A stretch of DNA of 62,664 bases, filler included. It is 6 parts of 6 records of this genome, joined end to end, with 100 filler letters (N's around TTAATTAATTAA, not from the genome) between each part and the next. Parts side by side here need not be neighbours in the genome. Positions count along the whole stretch, not along the records: positions 44,268 to 51,339 come from DRR723986_15292; positions 51,440 to 56,671 come from DRR723986_15312; positions 56,772 to 62,664 come from DRR723986_15345; 3 more parts are not named here. The stretch is one strand, 5' to 3'. The stretch's first letter is position 1; each line of letters begins with the position of its first letter. The position numbers and the translations under genes are program-made. Shown piece by piece: positions 47,990 to 56,773 of the stretch. The notes under the pieces were generated by a model that made no database searches, was not told the DNA's origin, and was given only the letters and a program-made list of their open reading frames with translations.

Positions 47990-48910
47990 CTATTCGCCTC
48001 GCACAATGGCGATTAGCCTTCGGAACTCGGCATCCTCGGTGTCGCTTTTCCAAGAATTGATGAAGCGCGCCACTACCTGTAGGTTTCCAGCTTCGTAGTG
48101 ACCGTTGCTGTCAATACGATCCAGAGAAGGCCTCATTTGGTCGTCTGAACCCTCGAACTGCAAGGTGAGACCTGTGATTGCGCAACGATTACCAGCGTCA
48201 TCAAGCAATTCGTTTAGATGCGCAATGAGTGCTTCTTTTGAAAGCCTGAGGTCCTTGTTCTTGACTGTACGCTCAACGGTCTGGCCGTACGAGTGCCTAG
48301 CGGTTTGCTCGGCTTGGTCCGCCATACTCCAGACTGCCTTGAATCTGGCGTCCTTGATTTCACCATTGTTCTGGCGTTCTAACTTGCTGACCCACCAGAG
48401 AGAATCCAACGTCCAAAGATCAACTCCGAGCTCTTCAGCCAGTTCGATCAGTACAGAATTGATAATCTCATATTTTTTTCCAGGTGATGACCCATGCGGG
48501 AAGGTTGGCCAAATACCGCGGTCACGCATTTCCGGCTCGCTGGTGCCATTCCAAACGCCATAGCGATCAGGATATGCAAGTAGCAACATCGGCGAGAGCG
48601 TAGCCGCCCCGACACCATGAACCATCGACAAAGCTGTGTCAAACCTTTCCGAAAGCGGCGCAGCTTCATCGACAAGGATGGCTATAGCAGCGCGCAGGTT
48701 GTCCATGTCATTCGCCGCGGGGCGGCCAAGGCGTTCCAATCCCGACCAATGGTGATTGTGCTTAATGCTAAGGAAATCGTGATAGTCTTGCGCCGTGAGG
48801 CTAGTCGGGTCGCGGAAGAGCGGTCCGAAGCGGTTCATTACCTCGTCGCGTCTGGCGACAGAGTAATGAATGTCAGGAAGACTAAGGGCTTTATTCAGGT
48901 CAAAAGTCAT
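47990..48910 (-). CDS. Putative nuclease: helical N-terminal domain + C-terminal HNH/His-Me-finger-like domain
   Basis: CAITG...PSLDRIDSNGHYEAGNLQVV..FIN..K; N-terminal HWSGLER, GVGAATLSPML...PDRYGVWN; visibly lower GC than neighbours; start may be 48934. Confidence 0.6.
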   Translation of the reverse strand: MTFDLNKALSLPDIHYSVARRDEVMNRFGPLFRDPTSLTAQDYHDFLSIKHNHHWSGLERLGRPAANDMDNLRAAIAILVDEAAPLSERFDTALSMVHGVGAATLSPMLLLAYPDRYGVWNGTSEPEMRDRGIWPTFPHGSSPGKKYEIINSVLIELAEELGVDLWTLDSLWWVSKLERQNNGEIKDARFKAVWSMADQAEQTARHSYGQTVERTVKNKDLRLSKEALIAHLNELLDDAGNRCAITGLTLQFEGSDDQMRPSLDRIDSNGHYEAGNLQVVARFINSWKSDTEDAEFRRLIAIVRGE

Positions 48911-49066
48911 GGCCAAAATCGTACTTAGGCGCATGTTCCTTGCCCAGCGGAATTAAGGCTCTTAAGTATTTTCAATAACCCTTCGTCAAAACCAACTCGC
49001 CAAAAGCATACATCCGTACGCTGCCCATCATCCGCCACACTGGGCTCGAGCCTGACGCCCACCCCC

Positions 49067-50593
49067 TCACACCCGCTCCCCCTTCGACAACCGCCCCAGA
49101 AACGCCTCCGCTTCCGTCAACACCGTCTCCCGCTTGTCGGCGTCCATGCGGTCCCATGTGCGGTACATGTTGCCCATCCGGTGGTTGTCCTCGAACCGCT
49201 CGCGGTGGCGGTCGAGGAAGTGCCAGTAGAGCAGGTTGAAGGGGCAGGCGTCCTTGCCCGTCTTGGCCTTCACGTCGTAGGCGCACAGTTTGCAGTAGTC
49301 CGACATCTTGTTGATGTAGTTGCCCGACGAGATGTAGGGCTTTGACGCGATCACCCCGCCGTCGGCGAACTGGCTCATGCCCACGGTGTTCGGCGCCTCG
49401 ACCCATTCGAAGGCGTCGATGTAGACCCGCAGGTACCATTCGTGCACCTCGTGCGGGTTCACCCCGGCCAGCAGCGCGAAGTTGCCCGTCACCATCAGCC
49501 GCTGGATGTGGTGGGCATAGGCCTCGTCGCGCGTCTGTTCGACCGCCTTCGACAGGCAGCGCATGTCGGTCGGCGCGCCCCAGTAGAGCGCGGGCAGACC
49601 GCGCTGGTGGTTCAGCCCATTGCGGCGCGGATAGTCCGGCCCTTCGTGGAAGTAGATCCCGCGCACGTATTCGCGCCAGCCGATGATCTGGCGGATGAAG
49701 CCTTCGACCGCGTTCAGGGGTGCGTGGCCCTCGCGATAGGCCTCTTCGGCGGCGCGGCAGACCTCCATCGGGCTGAGAAGGCCGATGTTCATGTAGGCGG
49801 AGATCCCGGCGTGGTAGAGGAAGCGGTTCCCGTCCAGCATGGCGTCCTGATAGTCGCCGAACGAGGGCAGCGCGTGCTTGATGAAATGCGTCAGCGCCCG
49901 GCGCGCCTGCCCCGGTTCTGTGGCGAAGTCGAAGGGCCGCAGGGTGCCGAAGCTCTCGCCAAAGCGCGCCTCGACCAGATCCAGCACCTCTTCGGTGACG
50001 GTATCGGGGGTGAATTGCATCGGACCCGAGAAGGCGACGCCATCGGGCGGCGGCTTGCGGTTCTCTGAGTCGTAGTTCCATTCGCCGCCCTCGGGCTGGT
50101 CGCCGTCCATCAACAGGCCCGTGGCGCGCCGCATCTCGCGGTAGAAATACTCCATCCGCAGCGCCTTGCGGCCCTTGGCCCAGTCCTCGAAGGTCTTGTG
50201 AGAGGCGAGGAAGCGGTCGTCCTCCAGCTGCGTGACCTGCAGGGGCGCCTCGTTCAGCGCCTCGATCAGCCGCCATTCGCCCGGCTCTGTGGCGATCACC
50301 TCGGAGGCGCCGGTCTCCTCCGCGCGGCGCAGCAGCTCGCCGGTGATGGAGCCGGAGTTGCCGCTGTCGTCCAGCTCCGTGTAGCGCAGATCCCAGCCTG
50401 CCTCGCGCAGGCGGGTGGCGAACTTGCGCATGGCGGCGAAGATCAGGGCGATCTTCTTGGGGTGGTGCTGGACGTAATCGGTTTCCTCGGCGACCTCGGC
50501 CATGACCACGACGTCGCTGTCCTTGTCCGCCTGCCTCAGCGCGGCGATCTCTTCGGTCAGCTGGTCGCCAAGGATCAGGATCAGGCGGCTCAT
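49067..50593 (-). CDS. FeS-cluster bacterial cryptochrome/(6-4) photolyase (CryB/PhrB class)
   Basis: LILGDQL, HHPKKI, RMEYFYR, WNYD.ENR, GWREY, HHIQRLM; four Cys (MRC, YCxxC, ACPFN). Confidence 0.93.
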   Translation of the reverse strand: MSRLILILGDQLTEEIAALRQADKDSDVVVMAEVAEETDYVQHHPKKIALIFAAMRKFATRLREAGWDLRYTELDDSGNSGSITGELLRRAEETGASEVIATEPGEWRLIEALNEAPLQVTQLEDDRFLASHKTFEDWAKGRKALRMEYFYREMRRATGLLMDGDQPEGGEWNYDSENRKPPPDGVAFSGPMQFTPDTVTEEVLDLVEARFGESFGTLRPFDFATEPGQARRALTHFIKHALPSFGDYQDAMLDGNRFLYHAGISAYMNIGLLSPMEVCRAAEEAYREGHAPLNAVEGFIRQIIGWREYVRGIYFHEGPDYPRRNGLNHQRGLPALYWGAPTDMRCLSKAVEQTRDEAYAHHIQRLMVTGNFALLAGVNPHEVHEWYLRVYIDAFEWVEAPNTVGMSQFADGGVIASKPYISSGNYINKMSDYCKLCAYDVKAKTGKDACPFNLLYWHFLDRHRERFEDNHRMGNMYRTWDRMDADKRETVLTEAEAFLGRLSKGERV

Positions 50594-50645
50594 CGGCGGC
50601 GCTCCGGGGCTGGGTGGTCGAGGGACACGCGGCGAGGGGCCGGGC

Positions 50646-51311
50646 TCACCACGGGATCTCCTTGCCGGCGTAATCGTAGAAGCGCCCCGTGTCGGCGGCG
50701 GTCAGGCCCTCGATGACGGCCAGCAGGCGGGCGGCAGCCTCATCCGGCGGCACGGTCGGGTGGCGCCCGGCGTATTTCGCGGTGAAGTCGGTGGCGACGG
50801 TGCCCGGATGCAGGCAGACGCAGGCGAGGTGCCTGTGAGAGCGCGCCAGTTCGATGGCGGCGCCATGCAGCAGCGCGTTCAGCCCGGCCTTGGCGGCGCG
50901 GTAGCTGTACCAGCCGCCCAGCCGGTTGTCCCCGATGCTGCCGACCCGGGCCGAGAGCGCGGCGAAGACCGCGGGCTTGTCGCGCGGCAGCAGCGGCACG
51001 GCATGTTTCAGCGCCAGCACCGGGCCGACGGCGTTCAGCGCGTATTGGTCGAGCAAGGCCTTGGAAGAGAGGGCCGAGAGGGCCTTTTCCGGCTCGGCGC
51101 CGTCGATCACCAAGGCGCCGGTGGCGACGAAGATCAGGTCGAAGGGTCCGTCGAGCGCGCCGAGCGCCCTTTCGATGCTGGCCTCGTCGGTCATGTCCAG
51201 GCGATCGCGGCTGCGGGATAGGCCGGTGACGGCGACGCCCCGCCTGCGCAGGGTCTGTGCGAGGGCGGCGCCGATGCCGCCCGAGTCTCCGAGGATCAGG
51301 GCCTGTTCCAT
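50646..51311 (-). CDS. SDR oxidoreductase (CsgA/C-factor-like)
   Basis: GDSGGIG, SARVGSIGDNRLGGWYSYRAAKA, LHPGTVAT. Confidence 0.9.
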   Translation of the reverse strand: MEQALILGDSGGIGAALAQTLRRRGVAVTGLSRSRDRLDMTDEASIERALGALDGPFDLIFVATGALVIDGAEPEKALSALSSKALLDQYALNAVGPVLALKHAVPLLPRDKPAVFAALSARVGSIGDNRLGGWYSYRAAKAGLNALLHGAAIELARSHRHLACVCLHPGTVATDFTAKYAGRHPTVPPDEAAARLLAVIEGLTAADTGRFYDYAGKEIPW

Positions 51312-51339
51312 GGGGCTGCCAGCTAGCGGTGCGGCGGGG

Positions 51340-51439
51340 NNNNNNNNNNNNNNNNNNNNNNNNNNNNNNNNNNNNNNNNNNNNTTAATTAATTAANNNNN
51401 NNNNNNNNNNNNNNNNNNNNNNNNNNNNNNNNNNNNNNN
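51340..51439. other. Artificial contig linker
   Basis: N44-TTAATTAATTAA-N44. Confidence 0.98.
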
Positions 51440-52357
51440 CCAACGGTCCCACGGCATTTCCTGATTGCCGTAATTGCACTCGTAATAGCGGTGATGCAGC
51501 TGGTGATAGAAGGTGCCCAGTGCCAGTCGCCGCTTGTCGCGGATCAGCAAGTCTTCGTAGCCCGTATGCGTCATCGCCGCCCCCGGCCCCTGATAGACCA
51601 CATGGAAAATCAGGTGGATCGGATGGCTTGGCACGACGCAGTGAATGAGCAGCGTGGTCAGGTAGAGGAAATGTTCCACCGGGTGCATGGAAAACCCCGA
51701 CCACGGGCCGATATTGACGTTGCGGTGATGCAGCGAATGGACATGACGATACAGCACCGGCACATGCAGCAGCCGATGAACCCAGTAGAAATGGAAGGCG
51801 GACCAGACGGGCAGCAGGATCAGCGCCAGCACGAACCAGACGGGGTTGTCGGCGAAAGAGATCACCGGCGCATAGCCATTGGCCATCATCCACATGACCA
51901 GAACCTGAAAGCCGGTCAGTTGCGCCACCCCGGACCCCATCGACCAGAACATATTGTCATGCACCTGGTTGCGGAAATTCCACAGCGCATTGCCCTTGGC
52001 CTGATCCCGGTGGTCGAACTTCAGCCGTTTGCCCTGCCCCTTCTTCATGTAGAAGAACCAATGCAGGCCGCCCGCGGTCAGAAAGATGATGGCGGCGTTC
52101 ACCAACCAGACCTGCGCAATCCAGCCCGCCGCAAACTCCTGCGCCTGTTCAATCGGCGGATATACCCAGTACCACAGCGCCACCGAGGCGATGACCATCA
52201 TGACCCGTTCCGACAGGGTCAGCCAGTTGCGCGCAAACCAGCGGGCCAGAAAACCGGGATCGGGCGGCCAGCGGAAAATGGAGGGATCGGACAGGGGCAA
52301 GTCCGGGTGATAGTTCCATTCACGGCTCATCGCCTCCATCTCACGGCTGTCGTGCAT
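51440..52357 (-). CDS. Sterol desaturase / fatty-acid hydroxylase family protein (3' end cut by the contig end)
   Basis: His boxes HRLLH, HSLHH, HQLHH; SMHPVE; CNYG; TM segments. Confidence 0.9.
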
Positions 52358-52393
52358 GGGCGGTATCTCCTGTTGGGTTACAGATGCCTGTTG

Positions 52394-53158
52394 TCAGCTC
52401 GCGTAGTCAGAGCCTTCCTCGTCGAGAATCGCTTTCAACTCGGCCATGTGGCGCTCGGCCTGACCGGGGTAGTCATCCAGTTCCGTCGCGGTCTTCTCGG
52501 CAATGTCATCGGACAGCACCCGCAGCGGGCGGCCCGTCTGCAACGCGCGGATATAGGTCTCGGCGGCACGTTCGAAATAATAAAGCCGGTTGAACGTGTC
52601 CGCGACACTGTCGCCCAGAACCATCACGCCGTGATTGCCCATGATCATGACTTTCTTGGCCGGATCTTGCAGCGCGGCGGCACAGCGCTCGCCCTCTTCC
52701 TCGAAGGCCAACCCGCCGAAATGTTCGTCCACCACATAGCGGTTGAAGAAGGTCGCGGTGTTCTGGTCAATCGGCGGCAGGGTGCTGTCGGCAAGGCTGG
52801 CCAGAACGGTGGCGTGGATCGAATGCACATGCATCGCGCAGCGGTGATGCGGGCAGCGGCGGTGGATCGACCCGTGCAGGCCCCAGGCGGTCGGGTCGGG
52901 CGCGCCGGGCATGTCCAGCGTATCAGGATCGTTCGCATCCAGCAGCAACAGGTCCGAGGCCTTGATCCGCCGGAAATGCATCTGGTTGGGGTTCATCAGA
53001 AACCGCGTGCCATCCTCGTTCACCGCGTAAGAGAAATGGTTCGCTACGGCTTCGTGAAAGTTCAGCCGTTCCGTCCAGCGGAAGGCGGCGGCAAGGTCCA
53101 CGCGTTCCTGCCAATGGGACATGTTCGGATGGCTGGCAATGCTGGCGGTCTGGGTCAT
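52394..53158 (-). CDS. Class II aldolase/adducin family protein
   Basis: EAVANHFS, LHGSIH, MHVHS, MGNHG. Confidence 0.9.
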   Translation of the reverse strand: MTQTASIASHPNMSHWQERVDLAAAFRWTERLNFHEAVANHFSYAVNEDGTRFLMNPNQMHFRRIKASDLLLLDANDPDTLDMPGAPDPTAWGLHGSIHRRCPHHRCAMHVHSIHATVLASLADSTLPPIDQNTATFFNRYVVDEHFGGLAFEEEGERCAAALQDPAKKVMIMGNHGVMVLGDSVADTFNRLYYFERAAETYIRALQTGRPLRVLSDDIAEKTATELDDYPGQAERHMAELKAILDEEGSDYAS

Positions 53159-53267
53159 ATGGGCGTCTCCTATCCTGACAGAAGAGTGCCTTGAAGCGCC
53201 CCGACTTTACCAACGATGAATTCGCAAGTATTCCATTAGTAAAACTGATCCATGACAGGAGACGCCC

Positions 53268-54140
53268 ATGCAGCCCTCAGCCTTGCCGCCCCTTGGCTGG
53301 CTCCGCGCCTTCGAGGCCGCCGCGCGGCATCTCTCGTTTACGCAAGCGGCTGTGGAACTGAACCTGACCCAATCCGCCATCAGTCAGCATGTCCGCAACC
53401 TGGAGGGCTTTCTGGGCCGTGAGCTGTTCGTTCGGCGCACGCGGGCGTTGACGCTGACCAATGCGGGCGTGAATTATCTGCCGATCGTGCGCGAGGCGTT
53501 CGATATTCTCGCCACCGGCACCCGCAGTTTCATCGGCGGGGCCCCGCACAATACCCTGAACCTGCAATGTAACCTTGCGTTCTCTACTTTCTGGCTCGCG
53601 CCGCGTATGGCCAAGCTGAAGGCAGCCCATCCCTGGTTGACGCTGAACCTTGTGACACCGATCTGGGATCCCGAGAAGTTCGCCCATACCGCCGCTGTCG
53701 AGATCCGCTTTGGCCGCTTGGCCGACATGCCCGCCAGCGCGCAAAGGCTGACCCGTGACCGCGTGTTTCCGGTCTGCGCGCCCGGTTTTGCGAACGGCGC
53801 CCCCGATTGGCGGCGCGATCCGCTGTTTGAATGCGGGGGGATCGTGTCGAACTGGGATCACTGGGTCGCCAGTCAGGGCCAGACCCTTCCGCCAGAACAG
53901 CATGTCACCATATCCTCCAGCTACACCTTTTCCCTGACTGCCGCACGGGCGGGCGCGGGGCTGGCCATGGGGCATGAAACGCTATGTGCCGATATGCTGG
54001 CGCGCGGCGCGTTGATCCGCCCCTTCGACCACCAGGCCGAGTTGCTGGAAGCCTATTTCCTGATCTCGCCGCCTGACCGGGACGCCACGCGCCCAAGCCG
54101 CGCCTTCTGTGACTGGCTCTTGCAGGAAATCAGCGGCTGA
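53268..54140 (+). CDS. LysR regulator, GcvA-like
   Basis: LPPLGWLRAFEAAARHLSFTQAAVELNLTQSAISQHVRNLE; WLAPR. Confidence 0.93.
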   Translation: MQPSALPPLGWLRAFEAAARHLSFTQAAVELNLTQSAISQHVRNLEGFLGRELFVRRTRALTLTNAGVNYLPIVREAFDILATGTRSFIGGAPHNTLNLQCNLAFSTFWLAPRMAKLKAAHPWLTLNLVTPIWDPEKFAHTAAVEIRFGRLADMPASAQRLTRDRVFPVCAPGFANGAPDWRRDPLFECGGIVSNWDHWVASQGQTLPPEQHVTISSSYTFSLTAARAGAGLAMGHETLCADMLARGALIRPFDHQAELLEAYFLISPPDRDATRPSRAFCDWLLQEISG

Positions 54141-54142
54141 GA

Positions 54143-54580
54143 TCAGCCATGCGCCTCGTCATCCGACAGGGGCCGCGTGCCGTCATCGCCGGTGCTGTCA
54201 TATTTCGGCAACCCGTCGCGCATCTCGATCCACGGCAGCCGTTCCGAATAATAGACATGCGCCTTGGGCGTGTAGACCGAGGGGTCATCCAGCGTCACTG
54301 CCGGGATATGCGTTTCATTCGGCCAACGCGTGTAGTTCCGATAGAACAGCGGCGACCCGCAATTCTGGCAAAACCCGCGTTCCACATCCTCGGAGGAAGC
54401 ATAGGTGCCAATATCTCCGGACCATGTCAGCCCGTCATCCGCCATCCCGAACAGCGCCACGAACGGAGTCGAGCCCGCCCGTCGACAGCTGTCGCAATGG
54501 CAATAGGCGGTCCATCTCATCGTCCCCGAAGCGGACCAACTCACATTGCCACACAGGCAACGTCCCGAAAGCTTAGTCAT
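54143..54580 (-). CDS. GFA (glutathione-dependent formaldehyde-activating / CENP-V) family protein
   Basis: GRCLCG, CHCDSCRR, RGFCQNCGSPL. Confidence 0.9.
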   Translation of the reverse strand: MTKLSGRCLCGNVSWSASGTMRWTAYCHCDSCRRAGSTPFVALFGMADDGLTWSGDIGTYASSEDVERGFCQNCGSPLFYRNYTRWPNETHIPAVTLDDPSVYTPKAHVYYSERLPWIEMRDGLPKYDSTGDDGTRPLSDDEAHG

Positions 54581-54726
54581 AAAATACCCGAACCCAATTC
54601 TGACATGCACGAACAATGGTCAATACAGAGCGTCGGCGACAAGCAAGAGGACGGATGGTCACGCAAAGGTGATCGGCAGAATCAACAGTCATCTTCGGCC
54701 ACTTCTTGCCTATGACGCCACCGGCA

Positions 54727-55896
54727 TCAGCGGCCCCACGCGACCGGCACGGCCAGCGGCCCGCGAAAGGCCCAGCCGCCGAAATGGCTGGCCTCGGGCG
54801 GATTCAGCCTCAGCCCGGCGAGCCGGTCAAACAGCATCGGCAGCGCCACTTCGGCAATCAGCGCCTTCGATGCCCAGGCCCCGGCGCAGAAATGCGGACC
54901 CGCGCCGAAGGCGATGGAGGCGCTGACATCCTGCGTCAGGTCATAGATGTCGGGCCGCTCGAACACGCTCTCATCCCGGTTGCCTGACCCGAACATGAAG
55001 AACACCCGGTCCTCAGGCTCGAACGTCACACCCTTCACCGTATCGCGCCGTGCGACTCGGCGCGGCGACATGCCGATTGGGCTGATCCAGCGCGCATATT
55101 CCTCGAAGGCCTGCATCCATGTCGCTTGCCCCGAGTGCACAAGCGCCAACTGGTCAGGATGGGTCAGCAGCGCCCAAACAGCACCGGCAATGGCATCGCG
55201 CGGTTCATTCTGGCCGCCGGAAATGGCCAGCTTCACATTGGCCCGGATCTGCGCGTCGCTTAACCCCGCCTGCATCTGCACCGACAGCAGCGAATGATCG
55301 GGGGCGGCGCGCAACTCTGGCATACGCGCGTCGATATGGCGGTCGATGGAGGCGGTGCAGTCGTGGCAATTGGCCTCGACCTGCGGATCGCCCGCGTAGT
55401 TCGCGCAGCCGTCGATCATGCCCTGACTGACGCGATCCATTTCCTGATAGCTCATATTGGTGAGCCCGGTTATCGCCTTCAGCGCCTCGCCCGAGACCGG
55501 CAGCGCAAAGTCCTTCACCAGATCGCATTCCCCAAGCGGCGCGATCCGGTCCAGCACCTCTGCCGCCCGCGCCCGGAACTGCGCCGTCCAGACATCGCGC
55601 ACCGTCTTGGGCGACACCGTGGGAAACACCGCCCGGCGTTCCGCCGCATGATCCGACCCGTCCTTGCGCATCATGTTCTGGCCCATCAACACCGTCATCA
55701 GCCCCTGCGGCTGGTCCGAGGAGAACACCTCGACCCGCTTTTCTTCGCGAAAGATGTCGTCCCGCCGCGTGATCAGGGTCGCGCCAAGCTGTGGCACATG
55801 GGCAATGGGCGTCTCTGCCCGCATCCGCTTCAGGTCCGGGTAGGGGTCCGCCCAGAAGGCTTTCGGGTCGATCTCGTATATGGGCGCGTCGGACAT
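54727..55896 (-). CDS. Cytochrome P450 with an atypical I-helix
   Basis: DPYP, EYAR (ExxR), FGAGPHFCAG heme ligand; I-helix SGGQNEPRD; AGGAGG RBS before ATG 55896. Confidence 0.93.
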   Translation of the reverse strand: MSDAPIYEIDPKAFWADPYPDLKRMRAETPIAHVPQLGATLITRRDDIFREEKRVEVFSSDQPQGLMTVLMGQNMMRKDGSDHAAERRAVFPTVSPKTVRDVWTAQFRARAAEVLDRIAPLGECDLVKDFALPVSGEALKAITGLTNMSYQEMDRVSQGMIDGCANYAGDPQVEANCHDCTASIDRHIDARMPELRAAPDHSLLSVQMQAGLSDAQIRANVKLAISGGQNEPRDAIAGAVWALLTHPDQLALVHSGQATWMQAFEEYARWISPIGMSPRRVARRDTVKGVTFEPEDRVFFMFGSGNRDESVFERPDIYDLTQDVSASIAFGAGPHFCAGAWASKALIAEVALPMLFDRLAGLRLNPPEASHFGGWAFRGPLAVPVAWGR

Positions 55897-55957
55897 GAGG
55901 CGGCCTCCTTCACGGACAGTCTTGCACCCTCCCCCGGCTTGGGGCAAATCCTTGTGC

Positions 55958-56539
55958 ATGGCCAAGCTCTATTTCAACTACTCCACCATGAATGCGGGGA
56001 AATCGACCCTGCTTCTGCAAGCGTCCTACAACTACATCGAACGGGGCATGCAGACCTATCTGCTGACCGCCGATTTCGACGACCGGGGCGGCACCGCACA
56101 GATCGCCAGCCGCATCGGCATCGGGGCAGAGGCGGATGTCTATGCTCAGTCCGATGACCTTTACGCCAAGATCGAAGCACGCCTGAAAGCTGGCCCCTGC
56201 GCCTGTGTGCTGGTCGATGAGGCGCAATGGATGACCAAGGATCAGGTCTGGCAACTGGCCCGCGCGGTGGATGATCTGGGCGTGCCGATCATGTGCTACG
56301 GGCTGCGGGTGGATTTCCAAGGTGAGCTTTTCCCCGGATCAGCGGCACTGTTGGCGCTGGCCGATGAAATGCGCGAGGTGCGGACCATCTGCCATTGCGG
56401 GAAAAAGGCGACGATGGTGATCCGCGTGGGCGAGGACGGCAAGGCGCTGCGCGAGGGGGCGCAGATCGAGGTGGGCGGCAATGACCGCTACGTGTCGCTG
56501 TGCCGGGTTCATTGGCGCGAAGCGGTCGGGGATCGGTAG
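55958..56539 (+). CDS. tdk: Thymidine kinase
   Basis: MAKLYFNYSTMNAGKST, VDEAQ, YGLRVDF, ICHCGKKA, YVSLCR. Confidence 0.96.
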   Translation: MAKLYFNYSTMNAGKSTLLLQASYNYIERGMQTYLLTADFDDRGGTAQIASRIGIGAEADVYAQSDDLYAKIEARLKAGPCACVLVDEAQWMTKDQVWQLARAVDDLGVPIMCYGLRVDFQGELFPGSAALLALADEMREVRTICHCGKKATMVIRVGEDGKALREGAQIEVGGNDRYVSLCRVHWREAVGDR

Positions 56540-56541
56540 GA

Positions 56542-56671
56542 ACGCGGTTTCGAAACCGCGTGGAAGGGCCTTCGAAGGCCCTTTTTCGCCAGCCGAAAGA
56601 CCTGTGCACATCATCAAAGGCAGGGTCCGACGCGTCCTGCGACGCGCCAAAACGCGGTTTCGAAACCGCGT
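56542..56671. repeat. Cluster of 20-bp perfect palindromes (REP-like)
   Basis: ACGCGGTTTCGAAACCGCGT at 56542-56561 and 56652-56671; AAGGGCCTTCGAAGGCCCTT at 56564-56583 followed by T residues. Confidence 0.85.
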
Positions 56672-56771
56672 NNNNNNNNNNNNNNNNNNNNNNNNNNNNN
56701 NNNNNNNNNNNNNNNTTAATTAATTAANNNNNNNNNNNNNNNNNNNNNNNNNNNNNNNNNNNNNNNNNNNN
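56672..56771. other. Artificial contig linker
   Basis: N44-TTAATTAATTAA-N44. Confidence 0.98.
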
Positions 56772-56773
56772 CC

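Noticed and set aside
51491-53194. 567-aa + strand ORF
   Set aside because: Antisense to the desaturase and aldolase genes; no recognisable motifs
56542-56671. CRISPR repeat-spacer-repeat
   Set aside because: 20-bp perfect palindromes with a 90-nt gap that itself holds a palindrome; no cas genes
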